Positions 12,093-24,284 of a DNA stretch of 64,000 bases are shown here, piece after piece. Source of the stretch: Lophium mytilinum (taxonomy: Eukaryota); contig MU004185.1 in assembly GCA_010093605.1 (NCBI GenBank), positions 2,129,334-2,193,333 of the forward strand. The letters are read 5' to 3'. A program made the translations under genes and the position numbers. The notes beneath the pieces are model-generated. The model ran no database searches. It had not been told where the DNA came from and was given only the letters and a program-made list of their open reading frames with translations. Positions within the stretch are counted from its first letter, which is position 1. The number at the start of each line of letters is the position of its first letter.

Positions 12093-13192
12093 TGTGGGTG
12101 GTGAGCTGCTGCCTGACGTATGAGTTGTAGATGCTGGTCTAGTAGAGTGGGATGATGGGGGTTGGTGAGGTGTGCTAGCTGAGAGATTCTGAGAAAGAGC
12201 TATCGAGAGTGAGGGCTTATGTATGCGTTTTCACAGAGCAAAATCCCATGACTTGTCTTTACACAATTCAGTGACTTGGGGAAAGTCTTGAAAGTGAATA
12301 GAGTAGAGATCCTTTGCACTTGCACAATGTGCATTGTAACAGCCCAACGGTGATGCAGCAGAATTATTATCACACAATCTCATTCGACAGTGCTTTGTTG
12401 TCAGTAAGTCTTTGTTCTTGGGAACAAAGGTGAAGTTGTGAGATGACAAGTCGGCGTTTGTGTAGGTGTCAAGCAACCGCCAAGACTAAGCTAGGAGCTG
12501 ACTAAGCACCTCCTTTCCTGGCTTCGTTCTCGAAACTTTGGAGCTCTATTGCTCATACCCATATATGAGAGGCTTTTCAAATCTCTATTGCCATTGATGG
12601 GCCATAACTTTAGACACGCTTGTTCGCCACTGCTTGGGGTACACCCATAGGATATCGAAGATTCAAGGGTGATGTCAAGTTGCGAGCAGCATAGATTAGA
12701 CTGCCTCTTGGCTAAACAACTGATCAATAGCTGGGCTACCCCCTACAGTGGTATTGCGTCAACAACTTTAGAACCAAGCAGTGAGAGTTTTTTGAGCCCT
12801 GACTGAGGCTTCAGCACTATAGCCACCGCCCAAATACCACTTCAAGTACTTCACTGCGTTAGCCTGTGTGTGATTTCTTCGTTATGATACAACAACCCGC
12901 GAAAGCGCTCAGGCTACCGTCGGTATTGTGACTACTCCTAGCTCAGTTGTTCACGCATAGTGTCGTTCATAAACCACAGGCGCTGGCAAGCATTCACATC
13001 ACCTCGAAAAGCACTGTTGTCACTGCACAACGACGACACCTCCGATGCATAAAAGCGTCCCCTCAAACTGCTCATTTCTCTTCTTCATCACTGCACCACA
13101 CAAGCACCACCACAACTGCAGCCTTCTCCAACCAAACCTCACCACAACACCTCCTCATACCCACTTACTACACCTTACAACCAGATCACAAG

Positions 13193-13453
13193 ATGCCTAG
13201 CCTTCTCAAGGGAAGCACCAAGCACCATTGCCCACTTTACGACACCGGAAAGGGACCATGCAATCGGGTAGGAGGAATGTGCGTCAACCACCAGGTGGTG
13301 TGCTCTACTCACACGAGCTCCTTCCATATCAAGGGAGAGCCTTGCACCAAGTGCGAGCGAGCGGCGCAGATGGCTGCTAGCCGTGCCGCAGGCAAGAAGC
13401 CTCCAGCCAAGGAGGCAGTCAAGAAGGAGAAGAAGAAGAGCAAGTACTACTAG
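13193..13453 (+). CDS. Small (86 aa) Cys/His-rich putative zinc-binding protein with Lys-rich tail
   Basis: ATG in CACAAGATG context after a CA-rich leader typical of fungal 5' UTRs; C13-C23-C30-H33-C37-H40-H45-C51-C54; tail KKEKKKSKYY. Confidence 0.55.
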   Translation: MPSLLKGSTKHHCPLYDTGKGPCNRVGGMCVNHQVVCSTHTSSFHIKGEPCTKCERAAQMAASRAAGKKPPAKEAVKKEKKKSKYY

Positions 13454-13899
13454 TGCTTGTTCTAACTTGGACCCGTGGTCAGCTCACAATTGCCCGGCCC
13501 CCTCTTTCTAGCCCCTGAGCGGTGGCTTCAACAGTTCGGTTTGTTGTCCTTAGCATATTGGTACATGACGGCGCTTACCCAAGACAAGGACTCAGAGCTC
13601 AACAAGATCGAGCTTTAGAGGAAATACATCGCTGAGACTGCCTCAGCGTAGACGTAGACGGTTGCTAGTCAGGATGTACCTGGAATGAGTTAGTACATTG
13701 CGAAAGGCGTGTACATAGAGCTCTGAATCTCCCCTTGGTGTGTCTACACATGTAGATCACCGCCCCCAATCAAGAAAATACCCCAAAATTGGTGCCCAAT
13801 GACTATAGTAAAAGTGATATAACGTGATATGTGCGTCAAGTGATGATAACTTTACATCTGTCTGCCGTCGTCTGAGGGAGCTCAGCGAGCTTACAGATA

Positions 13900-14515
13900 G
13901 TTTAATACGATGATTCTTTCTCTGTTTCAGATCGCTGAAATGTGTTGAGGCACCAGTGATAGTGGCGAGAAGGGCTACACAGAAAGGATTCGGTTAGAGA
14001 GGATCACGCCAGCAGTCCTCACTCCTTAGCTTGAGAATTGTAATCTTGCTCGCTCGACGCCACTATAAGGAGTACCCCAGCCAGAAGATATTAGCTTCGT
14101 CAAAAGGTAGTCCAATTTCCACGGCCCTGGTCTTTACATCGTATCTGGAGTTTCAAAAGTGAGTCGGGGTACCCCAAACAGCGGTAGGGGGTGTCCAGAC
14201 CTCTGCCACTCGATATTCAGCTCCGGTGCCGCGAGTCTGCCCGCCCTCTCGAGCGCGTGCCAGTCCGGGACGAAGAAGACGATGCTGTGGATGAAGGGAT
14301 ACGGCGTGCTTCGTTGATGAGATAGCGGTGAGTACGGAAAGGGGAGATGTTGGGGATGTTGAGCTGACGTGACTGAGAGAGGTTCGCGATTTTGCGGCTG
14401 CACCGCGAGGCGTGGTTGAGAGGTGATATCGGAGAGGGTTTTTGGGGACCTTGGAAGGTGACTGGGATGCTTAGGGAGGGTTGGGTTGGATTGGACATCG
14501 GGCGGAGCTGAATGA
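13900..14515 (+). pseudogene. Possible degenerate gene relic
   Basis: Coding-like stretches (LHRIWSFKSE.., RFAILRLHREAWLRGDIGEGFWGPW) interrupted by stops; intron-like GTGAGT...GCTGAC...AG at ~14328-14380. No family recognised. Confidence 0.25.
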
Positions 14516-14903
14516 TGAATGGGATGATTGGGATGGTGTTTCTGCATGCCCTGTGATACAGGGTCTTTATTGGCCCAGAAGAGAATGAGAATTGGAGAAG
14601 TACTCACAAGCTGAAGACACACCTAGAAGTTGGAAGAAGACCTGCTATGAGATGTCACATAACCTACGATGAGAATGAGAAGAAGTCCGAAGCGACCTTA
14701 CTGAACACGCGAAATCGGGAAAACCATTGGCCTTACACATGAAGCGTGAAATTGTTGCTGCGATTGAGTCGTTTGCCCACTTATTCATACCCTCGACTCC
14801 GCCTCAGCACACCAACCCAGCGGCCAGAATCCATATAAGAAAAAAACCCAACCCATAAACCATCTAGTCGTAACTCATAACCTTGCATTCCCTTTTATGT
14901 CCT

Positions 14904-17900
14904 CTACGCAAGTCCCTCGTACTGGCTGACCAACCTCCACGGCACCAAGCCCCTGAGCACCATCATCCCATCATGCACCACCGCCCAGCGGACCTTACTC
15001 AAATGCCTCGCCACCACAGCCGTCAATCCGCTCGTCCTCTTGCGTCCACCTAGCCCGAGACCCGCAAGCGCCTCCGCAGGCACGCTCGTCATTCCACTAA
15101 TAAGCGCATTCATCTCGGCCTTCGCATCCCAGATCATCTCATCGTCGTCGTCATCACTGTCTTCAGCACGCTCGTCCGGTCCAGCTTCACTAGGGTCTGC
15201 ACCCGCAGGACGCGCATGATAGAACGCCCAGCAGGTGACAGTCGCGAGGTAGAGACACCAAGGGAAGTGGAAGAGACCCATAGCGTCGAAGCCCTCGAGG
15301 TTCATGACGCCGTCGCGGACGACCCAGGCGGCGTGCCAAGCCGCCCTAGTGGCGTCGCGGCCTACACCGCCGTTCTCGCCTGTGGCCCAGCGCTTGACGA
15401 CGCGCTGGGAGCGGACGTAGTCGGGGCGAGCTACGGGACGGCCTAGGATATGGCGGGCGCCGGCGTAAATTTGTAGGTCGAGGAATTCAGCGTTGAGGAT
15501 TATATGGGCAGAATGGTAGATAGCGTTGTTGGCGGTGGTGAAGGCGGCGAATTCCTTTCGGATGTCGAGGTCTGCTGGGGAGATTTGGGAAGTGTAGTTC
15601 AGGCAGTAGGAGTCGAAGTCTGCTTTCCACGAGTCATAAGAATTCGCCATGCGGGTTTTCCAGTTGCCGAAAGGTGATTCGTTCTCCACGAGACCTGAAC
15701 TTGTTAGCTAATGGATCTGATGGAATGGATGAACGAGACATACCAAGAGAAGTCTGGTCCCTGCGACGCATATCCCAGGACACGGACATAAGGCCGTGTA
15801 AAAGAAGGATCCGCGAAAGAGCATTCATATGCCTGGGTTGTGGATTTCCGCCGGGCGTAAGATACGCCTTGAGGCACGTCAAGAACAGTAGCGGTGCCTT
15901 CTGCCGACGCCGTACTTGATCCCATTGCTCTGCAGCATCTGCCTCCCACACTGCTTGATCGCAAGGTAGCGTTGAACGAAGTTCGAATGCTGACATGCAG
16001 AGCGATTGGCAGAATAGCACAGCATGCTGTGTGTCCCACATGAAGCATAGGTAGGCCAGCCTAGTCCCAATCAGTCACTACTCTAAACTATACCATAATC
16101 AGACTCTTACCGCTTCTTCTGCTCAGCTTCGGCCCAAATACACCAGTCATCTTCTAGATCATCCGAGCCGTCTTCAATAGTTGGTGGGCGTACGGACTGA
16201 CAGTCACTCCTTCGGATAAGATTGATGAGTAGACCATGAAAAAGATGCGACATGTCGTGCTGCTTTTGCCCAGCTCGACTCTTGCCGAAACATTCCACGA
16301 GCAAAATGGTTTGCAAGACCCATAACTCGGGACGAGCAGTGAAACCAACGTTTGCAAATATTTGAGGGCGCAAGACATCATGAATGCACACCTGAATATG
16401 TCAGCCTCGTAAAGGCGGAATGTGAATAGTATGAGACGTACCGCTAGTTGATGAGCGTCTTTCTCGCAATATGTTGCGCCAACTAGGAGGACAGAAATCA
16501 ATAGAAGTGTCTCGACGTGGGAAGCATCGAACGTTGCCTGATGGATCAGAGGATATGCAGTGTTGAATCGCGTGAAGTACAAATCGCAATAAGTCTGTAG
16601 TGAAGAGAGAGATAAAAGAGGATGATCCCTGGTTATGAAAGACGCATCAGGTGTGATGGGCCGAGAAGCGTCAATCAGATCAAGTATCTGGGCCCGCGCA
16701 ACTTCGTCAATGACTGGCAAGCTTCGCGAGCGTTGGAGCATTGACATAGGACGTTCTAGGTCGGAAGGCGTAGCGGCTAATCTCTTCGTAGGATGCGATC
16801 CTTGTTCGTTCATAGACGACTTATGCATAGCTCCCAAATTTGTAGACGATACTAACTTTGTAGAGGTAGAAAGCTGCGAGACTCCGTCGTAACTATAATT
16901 GGATTGAGAGTGGAAGTCTGTAAAGGGAGGAGAGATGATGGGTCCATTTGCCACAGTATAAGAGCACTCAGATTGGTTTGCTGACAGTGAACTATTCTCT
17001 TTGATAGCATCAAGCTCACGGGCGGCTGCAGTCGGTTCTGGTGGGGCTGAGGGAGAATAGTCCGGAATAGACTGTCCACCTGAAACGTCGCCAGACAATT
17101 GAGAAGGGCCAAAGGCGTCTTGCATGAGACTCGAGGGCTCCACTTGGTTTTGACGGGATGACAGGTCAACATCAAAAAGCCAGTTGTAATTACTCATGGT
17201 GGTGAATGGCATATTAAAAGAACTTGCTTTTATGAGAGTAAGCCGGCGTCAAATGAAAAGACATCCGTATACCAGCCTCGACATAAACTGGGAAAGGTAG
17301 AAATACCTGTGTCTGGGTTGAATATGTCATCGTAGGGTACATTATCATCTGGGCCTTGGCCTAAGGAAGCAGCGAGGTCAGAAGACCAAAAACGACCTTC
17401 GACTGGTTGCTGATAGATCTCTGCGGGCTCTATGGTTGCGTTGATGTTGAATGGATTCAGGCTCCATAGGTCGTCGTTTGAAGCGTGAGCGTCTTGGTCG
17501 TCCGAAAAGGACCGACCGTAAGAGTTGCTAGTGGAAATGGGAGGCGATATAGGGACGCCGGCTTGGCGATTAGGGCCCGTGTGGATTTCGAACAGAGCCT
17601 CCGAGGGAGTGTGCTCGCTTGACAGTTGCTGGCTTTGGTCCCGTTGCTGCTGTAGCTGGTGCTGATGCTGCTGTCGGCTAGACTGCGGACGTTTGGTCAC
17701 AATGTTTCCATCGGCATCCTTCCACATCCGTTTCCTGGTGTTGAGGACACCCGATCCTGGCGCACCGGCCTCGGCATCCTTTTGGCGGTGACGGGCCATA
17801 TGTCTTTCTGGGACACATCAGCATGAGTGCAAAGATGGGGAGCGATGCTAGGCCAGGGCACAGTCCATGCAGGTGAAAAGCCCCACATGGCAGTGAGGGT

Positions 17901-18307
17901 GGCGGACAAATCCAACAACACGGTATTACTTAATCAAAATCACCGCCGCCAAGTTCACATGCAATAGGAGAATGAAGCAGAATAGGCAGTCGAAACTGGA
18001 CCCTGAGAATAACGAAGACCCTGAAAATGACGTCCCACTCTCAAGAATGGAGAGAAATAGCAAGGACAGCAGGCTAGAGAACGGTAGACTCACCCAACAA
18101 GTCCTTCCGCTTAAAATGCGCACTGCACCTGTCGCAGGTATTCTCGCCAGCTGTGTGGTTCAACAGATGTCTTTGCAAATGCTCCGACCTTGTGAAGCTC
18201 CTCCCGCACCCATCAAACGCACAGGCAAACTTCCTCAGCGGCGCCCCATCTCCGCCAACCGTCACCGTGCGTTTGCGCTGCGGACGTGTAGAATGCGGCT
18301 CAGCCAT
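14904..18307 (-). CDS. hxnR: C2H2 zinc-finger plus fungal-specific TF-domain regulator, probable HxnR; 6 exons (introns 17808-18093, 17227-17306, 16392-16441, 16061-16110, 15695-15743); 962 aa
   Basis: Fingers CAFDGCGRSFTRSEHLQRHLLNH and CDRCSAHFKRKDLLERHMARH; Fungal_trans-like YFTRFNTAYPLIHQATF, LWVLQTILL, CFMWDTQH. Exon lengths sum to 2889 nt in frame. Adjacent to the hxnS-like gene. Confidence 0.85.
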
Positions 18308-19273
18308 TGACAGTCAGTACAGCAGAAGCTGGCAAGAGAGAAGAAGGCTGTTGAGAGAGGGCTGTGCAGTGACAGCAAGAAGGTGGAGGGTCTAGGGAGA
18401 TGGTGGGATGAGGGACCATGGTGGAGGACATATCCGCTTCACGCGGCAAGCTTCTGGATGCGCTTATCACGCTTCCACGCTCCCAGCCGTTGAAATCGGA
18501 CCGGCAGCGAGTAGATGCAAGGTACTGTCCTCTGTGCTGTGTTGTTGTGCCCCCATCGCGCCCTTCACGCGCCGAGACGGGGTCTGGGATTGGCACATCG
18601 TGGGAACTGCTGCCGACGTCGTCGCCGACGGATGCTCCAAAAGAGGTAAGCCAAGGGCAAAAGTGGGGGAGATGCCGGCGGGCAAGTCCGCGGCGCAGGT
18701 CACAGCGACGGGATTTTGCCGATGGTGATTGGTGTTGCGGACGGCAAGTCGCTTCCGATCTGTGAATCGGGAGGAAAAGACCGATCAGAACCCCGAATTC
18801 GGGGTCACGTGAGGAGATAGATTTCTAGCCGCACCCAAGGGTCTGCAGGCGCGTCTACATGCCTAGAGGGGAAGGAGAGTTTGAACGGCTAGTCAGGGGT
18901 TGTATCTTGAATTGTTACTGGATTGAGTAATTCAGATACTATTGCTTTCCAACATAGACCTCGCAAAGGTACCTGTGTAGCTTGTATCGACCAATGAGCA
19001 TGCTTTATGCCACCATCTGTATATTATGTATGTCCCTTAACGACTTCTAATATTAGTGAAACAGTGTGTAAGCCGTGTAGTTATCCTTTTTGTTGTTTAA
19101 CAAGAGGAGGGGTCGGGGCCGACGAATCTGGGCACACAGAGTAGATGTCTTTTCCTAACACCTGCTGCTACATCGAGCATCTGGAAGTCTATTCCCGTTT
19201 CACTCGATATTCTGGAGTTCTCGGTTGGAAAGTAGTTAAAAAAGTGAACTCATATCCAAAGACTAAGCCTTGC

Positions 19274-22200
19274 TTAAGCGACAGCCACGAAAAAGTTTCT
19301 TTCTCCCTCCTTCTGGACCACCTGGGCCCTCTTCGCCAAATCGTCCGCCACAGCGAGCCTCATCTTCTCCGCTGTCGCTGGACTATCCAACGCCAGGGGC
19401 TCTTTCGCCCCATTCATTTCCCTAGCAGCCTTCACGGCTTCCCTCAGCGCAAAGAATACCGTTGAACCCAGGAAGAGCGGAGGCTCGCCGATGCCCTTGC
19501 TGCTCTGAATGCTCCGTAGATGCTTCCACGACAACGGCTTGCCCTCGTTGTCATACCTCAGCATACTAGCATTGAAGACCTGCGGAATATCCGAAAATCC
19601 CGGGATCTTATAAGTGCCAGGACCACGAGTCGCAAACTCGCCTGATTTCAGCCAGAGCGACTCTTCAATCGTGAACATGCCCTGACCCTGCACGAACGCG
19701 CCCTCAATCTGGCCGTAGTCGATGGCCGGATTGATGGAATTGCCGACGTCCTAGAAGACAGTAAGCAGGAATTCATGTAAGCAGGATTTGGGGCCTGACC
19801 ATCATGAGATCGGTCCGAAGCACCGTATGGTCCCCCGTGAGCACGTCAAGTTCGACTTCTGTGACGCCAGCACCCTGCGTGAAGTAGTAGTACATCGGCT
19901 TCACTGTTTCATGATTCGTGTCTCCCCACTGGTATCCAATCGTCGGCATTTTCCAAAAGCCGTTGGCCGCAAGATTCACTCGGTCTATATAAGCTGCGTG
20001 GGCGATGGTGCTCATCGGCGCGTTAGGTCCGTACTTCTCTCGGAACGGCTGGAGACGCTCATTGAGGATATCGCAGGCATTCTTTACTGCCATGCCGTTC
20101 AGGTCACTTCCTGATGATGCGGCAGTTGGCGATGCGTTTGCTGATTGGTACGTCTGGGTGTCTTGAGTGAAGATAGCATCGACCGTAACTCCTAGTTCCT
20201 GGGCTGCGACTTGGCACATCTTGGTGTAAAGCCCCTGGCCCATCTCCGTACCTCCGTGGTGCAGCAGGATACTTCCATCAGCGTATATCTTGATATATGC
20301 GCCAGCCTGATTGAGATGAAGGGCAGTAGCGAAGCTGAGGCCAAACTTGGTCGGAACAAGACAAATGCCGCGCTTCTTCCACTTGTTTGTCGCGTTGAAC
20401 TTGGCTACCTCAGCCTTCCGAGTCTCGTAATTCGACGAGTCTCCAAGCTGTTTGAGTAGCAGTGGTACGTGCCAGTCTTCGTCGATTTTCTGGAAGAAAG
20501 GCGTCCAGTTCCCGGGTTTGTAGAGATTCCTCTGCCGAAGCTCATCAATATCAATCCCTAGTCCTTCTGAAACGGCGTACATGATCGACTCAGTGAAATA
20601 CATGCCCTGCGGTGCTCCGAACCCTCGGAAAGCGGTGTTGCTATGGGTGTTGGTCTTGCAGACGTTTCCTTTGAGGTAGACGTCGGGGATCTCGTAGCAG
20701 TTATCGAAATGTGTGATGCATCTGTCCATGACCGCACCACTCATGTCCTGAGAGAACCCGGCGTTGTCGAAAATATCTGCTTCTAGGGCCAGTAGCTTCC
20801 CCTCATTGGATACCCCGATCTTCCATCTCGCTTGGCATGGATGTCTTTGACCGCTAAGCAACATATCCTCATCTCTGTTTAGCATGATACGCATTGGGCG
20901 ACGTTCTTTCTTGGCTGCAATAGCTAGTAAGGCCGCGAATGGAACACTCCGTGACTCTTTTCCTCCAAACGCACCCCCCATTCGCTTCACTCGGCAATTG
21001 ATACGACTGCTTGGGACTCCTAGGACTTGGCTGACAAATTCTTGGGTTTCCATGCTGATGATGGTTAGTCTAAGTCTTCAATGGAGCGATGGGGCAACGG
21101 CCTTACGTATTTTGAGTCGAAGACCACACTTCCATAAAACCATCTTCACTCCCCGGTATCACGAGAGCGGCGTTCGTCTCAAGGTAGAAATGCTCTTGTC
21201 CACCGATCCTTGTCTTGCCCTCGAATATGCGATCGCACTTGGCAAAAGCCTCGTCCATGCTTCCGTCAACCGCAACTCCTTTTTTCAGGGCCCTGTTATG
21301 TTTGAAAAAGCTCTTGGCTTCTATTGCTTCGTCGATGGTAAGAATAGGAGGAAGCTCCTCGTACGTAACTTGAACAGCGCGAGCTGCCGCCTGCGCTTGC
21401 AATGCGGTCTCTGCATAGACCATACCAATCACTTGGCCATGGTGACGTACTTCACCATCGGCGAAGTAAGGCTCATCTTTTATCATGGCACCAAACACAT
21501 TTTTCTCTTTAGGTATGCTATCTTTATCGATATACCCAGCTACGCCCGGCATCTTGAGTGCTGGCTCCCAGTCTACATCCAGTAACTTGGCATGTGCTTT
21601 GGAAGACATTACCAAACCGCCAAATAGCTCCTGATCTTGAGGCGGCATGTCGTCGATGTACTCAGCTTCACCCGTGCACTGCTTCAAGGCTGAAAGATGC
21701 GGGATCTGCTTCCCAACTATCCGTTGTTCATTGGGGTTGTAGTCATCCCTGATGCCGGTCGATATATCGCGATGTATTTCTTCGATAATGTCGTTGTCTA
21801 CGCTACCCAGCGTCAGCTCAGAGACTGATTCATGCCAGAAGCGGAAGAACAATGATAGGGCAAGAGTCTTGCGGTAATGAGCCATGCCTCCAGGGACGCT
21901 AAAGCTCAAGTCGAAATCTCTCGTCAGATTGTCAAGCCCAAGCTCTAGAGTCTCGGAGGAGAACCATTTCTTCCCTAGCAGCGCTGACTGCGCATTCACG
22001 GACTCCACCGTTTTCGGAGCCATGCCACCATATGCCAGTACAATGTCTTCAACTTCTCCCTCCTCATTCAGTCGTACCTTGAAGCCTGCAGTGACTATTG
22101 CAATGTCATCATCTTTCCTCTTGGCTTGTTTGTATGCTTTGAGAACTTCACGAGCTCCAGCTTTATGTAGTGGTATCTTGACATGGGTGATGATCCCATC

Positions 22201-23856
22201 AGGCGGTAGACTAGTGGTTCGATACGCGATGAAGAATTTGTTGAGAGGCACTTCGGATAGTCCAATTGACTGGGACCTCACGACAACTGAAGCTCCAGCT
22301 GCAAGAAGAACGGGGTTGGCATCTGAGATTGGGGATGCCGTTGCGATATTTCCAGCTAGGGAGGCAACATTTCGTATTTGACGACCAGCAAAGTAGCGAA
22401 GTTGCTTGCGGAGTGCTTCCAAGACCATCGCTCGCTTTCCTAGCTTTGCATAGATATCTTTGCACATCCTTTCGACCTCTGTCAATGGCGTATTCGCAGA
22501 AAGGAGCAACTCCTCGGCGGTCTCTAGCGCTCCGAATGATGGCAATTTAGTTTGCTTGAGTTCCTCGATATCTGAGACATACACGGCCACGGCATAATCG
22601 GAATTCTTGAAACGAACTTCGACCTGGACTTCACTCGCACCTCCAACAAGCTTCGCAGATGGGTACACACCCTTCAATTCGGCCAATTGATCTAACGTAA
22701 CTGGCCGGAACCATACTTTTCGGCCATTTCCGTAACACAGAGGTTTTGGATCGTATCTCCAGAGAGCAGGGGGGAATATGAGCTCGGTGCCAGGGATATA
22801 CTCTGCGAACTCGATCTGAGGCACTCCGTTTTTCGAGCCTGAAGTGGGAGCCTGGAGGCTGCTCTCTGTCTTGATGCCTTCGGGATGACTCTTGCTAGTA
22901 TCTTGGACATCATTTTCTCGGGATTTGAGAGGCAGAGCATACGTTGTGCCACTGACTTCTGCGTCCTGCATTGGCTCTTTTGTGACTGCAATGTGAGCAG
23001 GGATGAATTCTTCATCAGACAAGGACGATGGTTCTGTTGATGGGCTGCTGCACTCAGATTTGCTCTCCCCGGAGCTGCCATCGGAAGGGGTATCACGACA
23101 GCAGCCTCCTGGCCTTCCACATGAGCCCTTGGAAGGCCTTCCGCTTCCATTGCTAACTAGGCCGGTAATATCTACCGCCTCAACAGAGTCACCATGAGCT
23201 GTAGAGTCTTCTACTAGTTGACCTTTGAGATCCTCGGTGATGAAGGTCTTCGCGGCTTGGAGAATCGGCTTGTAGCCAGTGCATCGGCAGAGGTTTCCGT
23301 CCAAATGGCCTTCTAGCTCGATATCTCTGGCAGAGAGATGAAACTTCCGGGTTTCGACATTGTAGGAGTTCCTGACAAGCGCGTACAAGGACATGACGAT
23401 GCCAGGGGTACAAAAGCCGCATTGCGATCCATGCATCTTTGCTATCCGTTCTTGAAGTGGATGAGGGCTCGCCACACTCCCAAGTCCTTCCACCGTAATG
23501 ACATGCTTTCCATCGATTCCGACGAGAGGAAATAGACAGGCATTTACGGCAAGATGGACGATCTTTCGTTGATCCTGCGAGTCTTTGACCTGGAGAACGA
23601 CGGTGCAGGCTCCACATCCGCCCTCCCCGCAGCCCAACTTCGTTCCTTTTAGGCTCTTTTGGGCTCGGATGTAGTCAAGCAGAGTCCAGTGTGGGTTGGG
23701 GTTGGAAAGTATGACTTTTTTGCCGTTGAGGTAGAAGAAGAGGTCGGGAGAGGTGTAGGTCGACTCGATCAAAGGAGTTAGCGACTCGGCCGCCGTCAGC
23801 GCCTTCGGAGGATCCGCCAGCGGTTTTGGAGGGGTAGGTAATTCCATCTCTTTCAT
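19274..23856 (-). CDS. hxnS: Molybdo-flavoenzyme of the xanthine dehydrogenase family, HxnS type (purine hydroxylase II / nicotinate hydroxylase); introns 21055-21106 and 19751-19799; ~1493 aa
   Basis: 2Fe-2S motifs GCGEGGCGAC, QCGFCTPG and GNLCRCTGY; FAD domain FAGRQIRNVA; Moco motifs GGQEHFYLE, AFRGFG and GIGEPP; LSFATALHLNQ insertion signature. Confidence 0.9.
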
Positions 23857-24284
23857 CAACCCCTGGTATGCGGTGGATCTGGTGTTGGTTTCTCAAAGAA
23901 ATTCATCTCTAGAAACCGACAAGACATTGATCGTGCCTATCGCCACCGTAATCAAGACCCCTCGCCGGGCTGACACAAGTGCTTCCACTGCTGATGGTCG
24001 CGTCTCCGATTTGCTGCACCAAGCTGCCCACTTGAGCCAAGTGCCGGGTGGCATCCCACCTTCCACCCACCTCTGCGACCCCATCTTCGACGCACCGTCG
24101 ACCTGCATACGCCTAGACACGGCCTCCACCAAGGACTGGACGCGATGGTCCCGCTACGTGACGTGCTACTGCATGCACGTAAAGAGTGCCAACACGGCTG
24201 CTCAAAGGGTTTGGAATTTTCTGTGTGATCTACTTTGTCTTTCTTCAATTCCACTTTCTCAATCCTGTTGCACAGTCTTTCAGC
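23857..24284. promoter_or_regulatory. Bidirectional promoter between hxnS-like and hxnT-like genes
   Basis: Head-to-head start codons ~430 bp apart; contains GNGG(A/T/G)G-type boxes (GCGGTG 23870-23875; CTCCAC 24124-24129). Confidence 0.65.

Noticed and set aside
19761..19786. Direct repeat GTAAGCAGGA x2 in the hxnS intron
   Set aside because: A 10-bp duplication of the branch-site region; too short to imply a mobile element or function.
19274..23856. Calling the XDH the ordinary purine-catabolic hxA
   Set aside because: The FATALH insertion, long linker and hxnR/hxnT-like neighbours favour hxnS.
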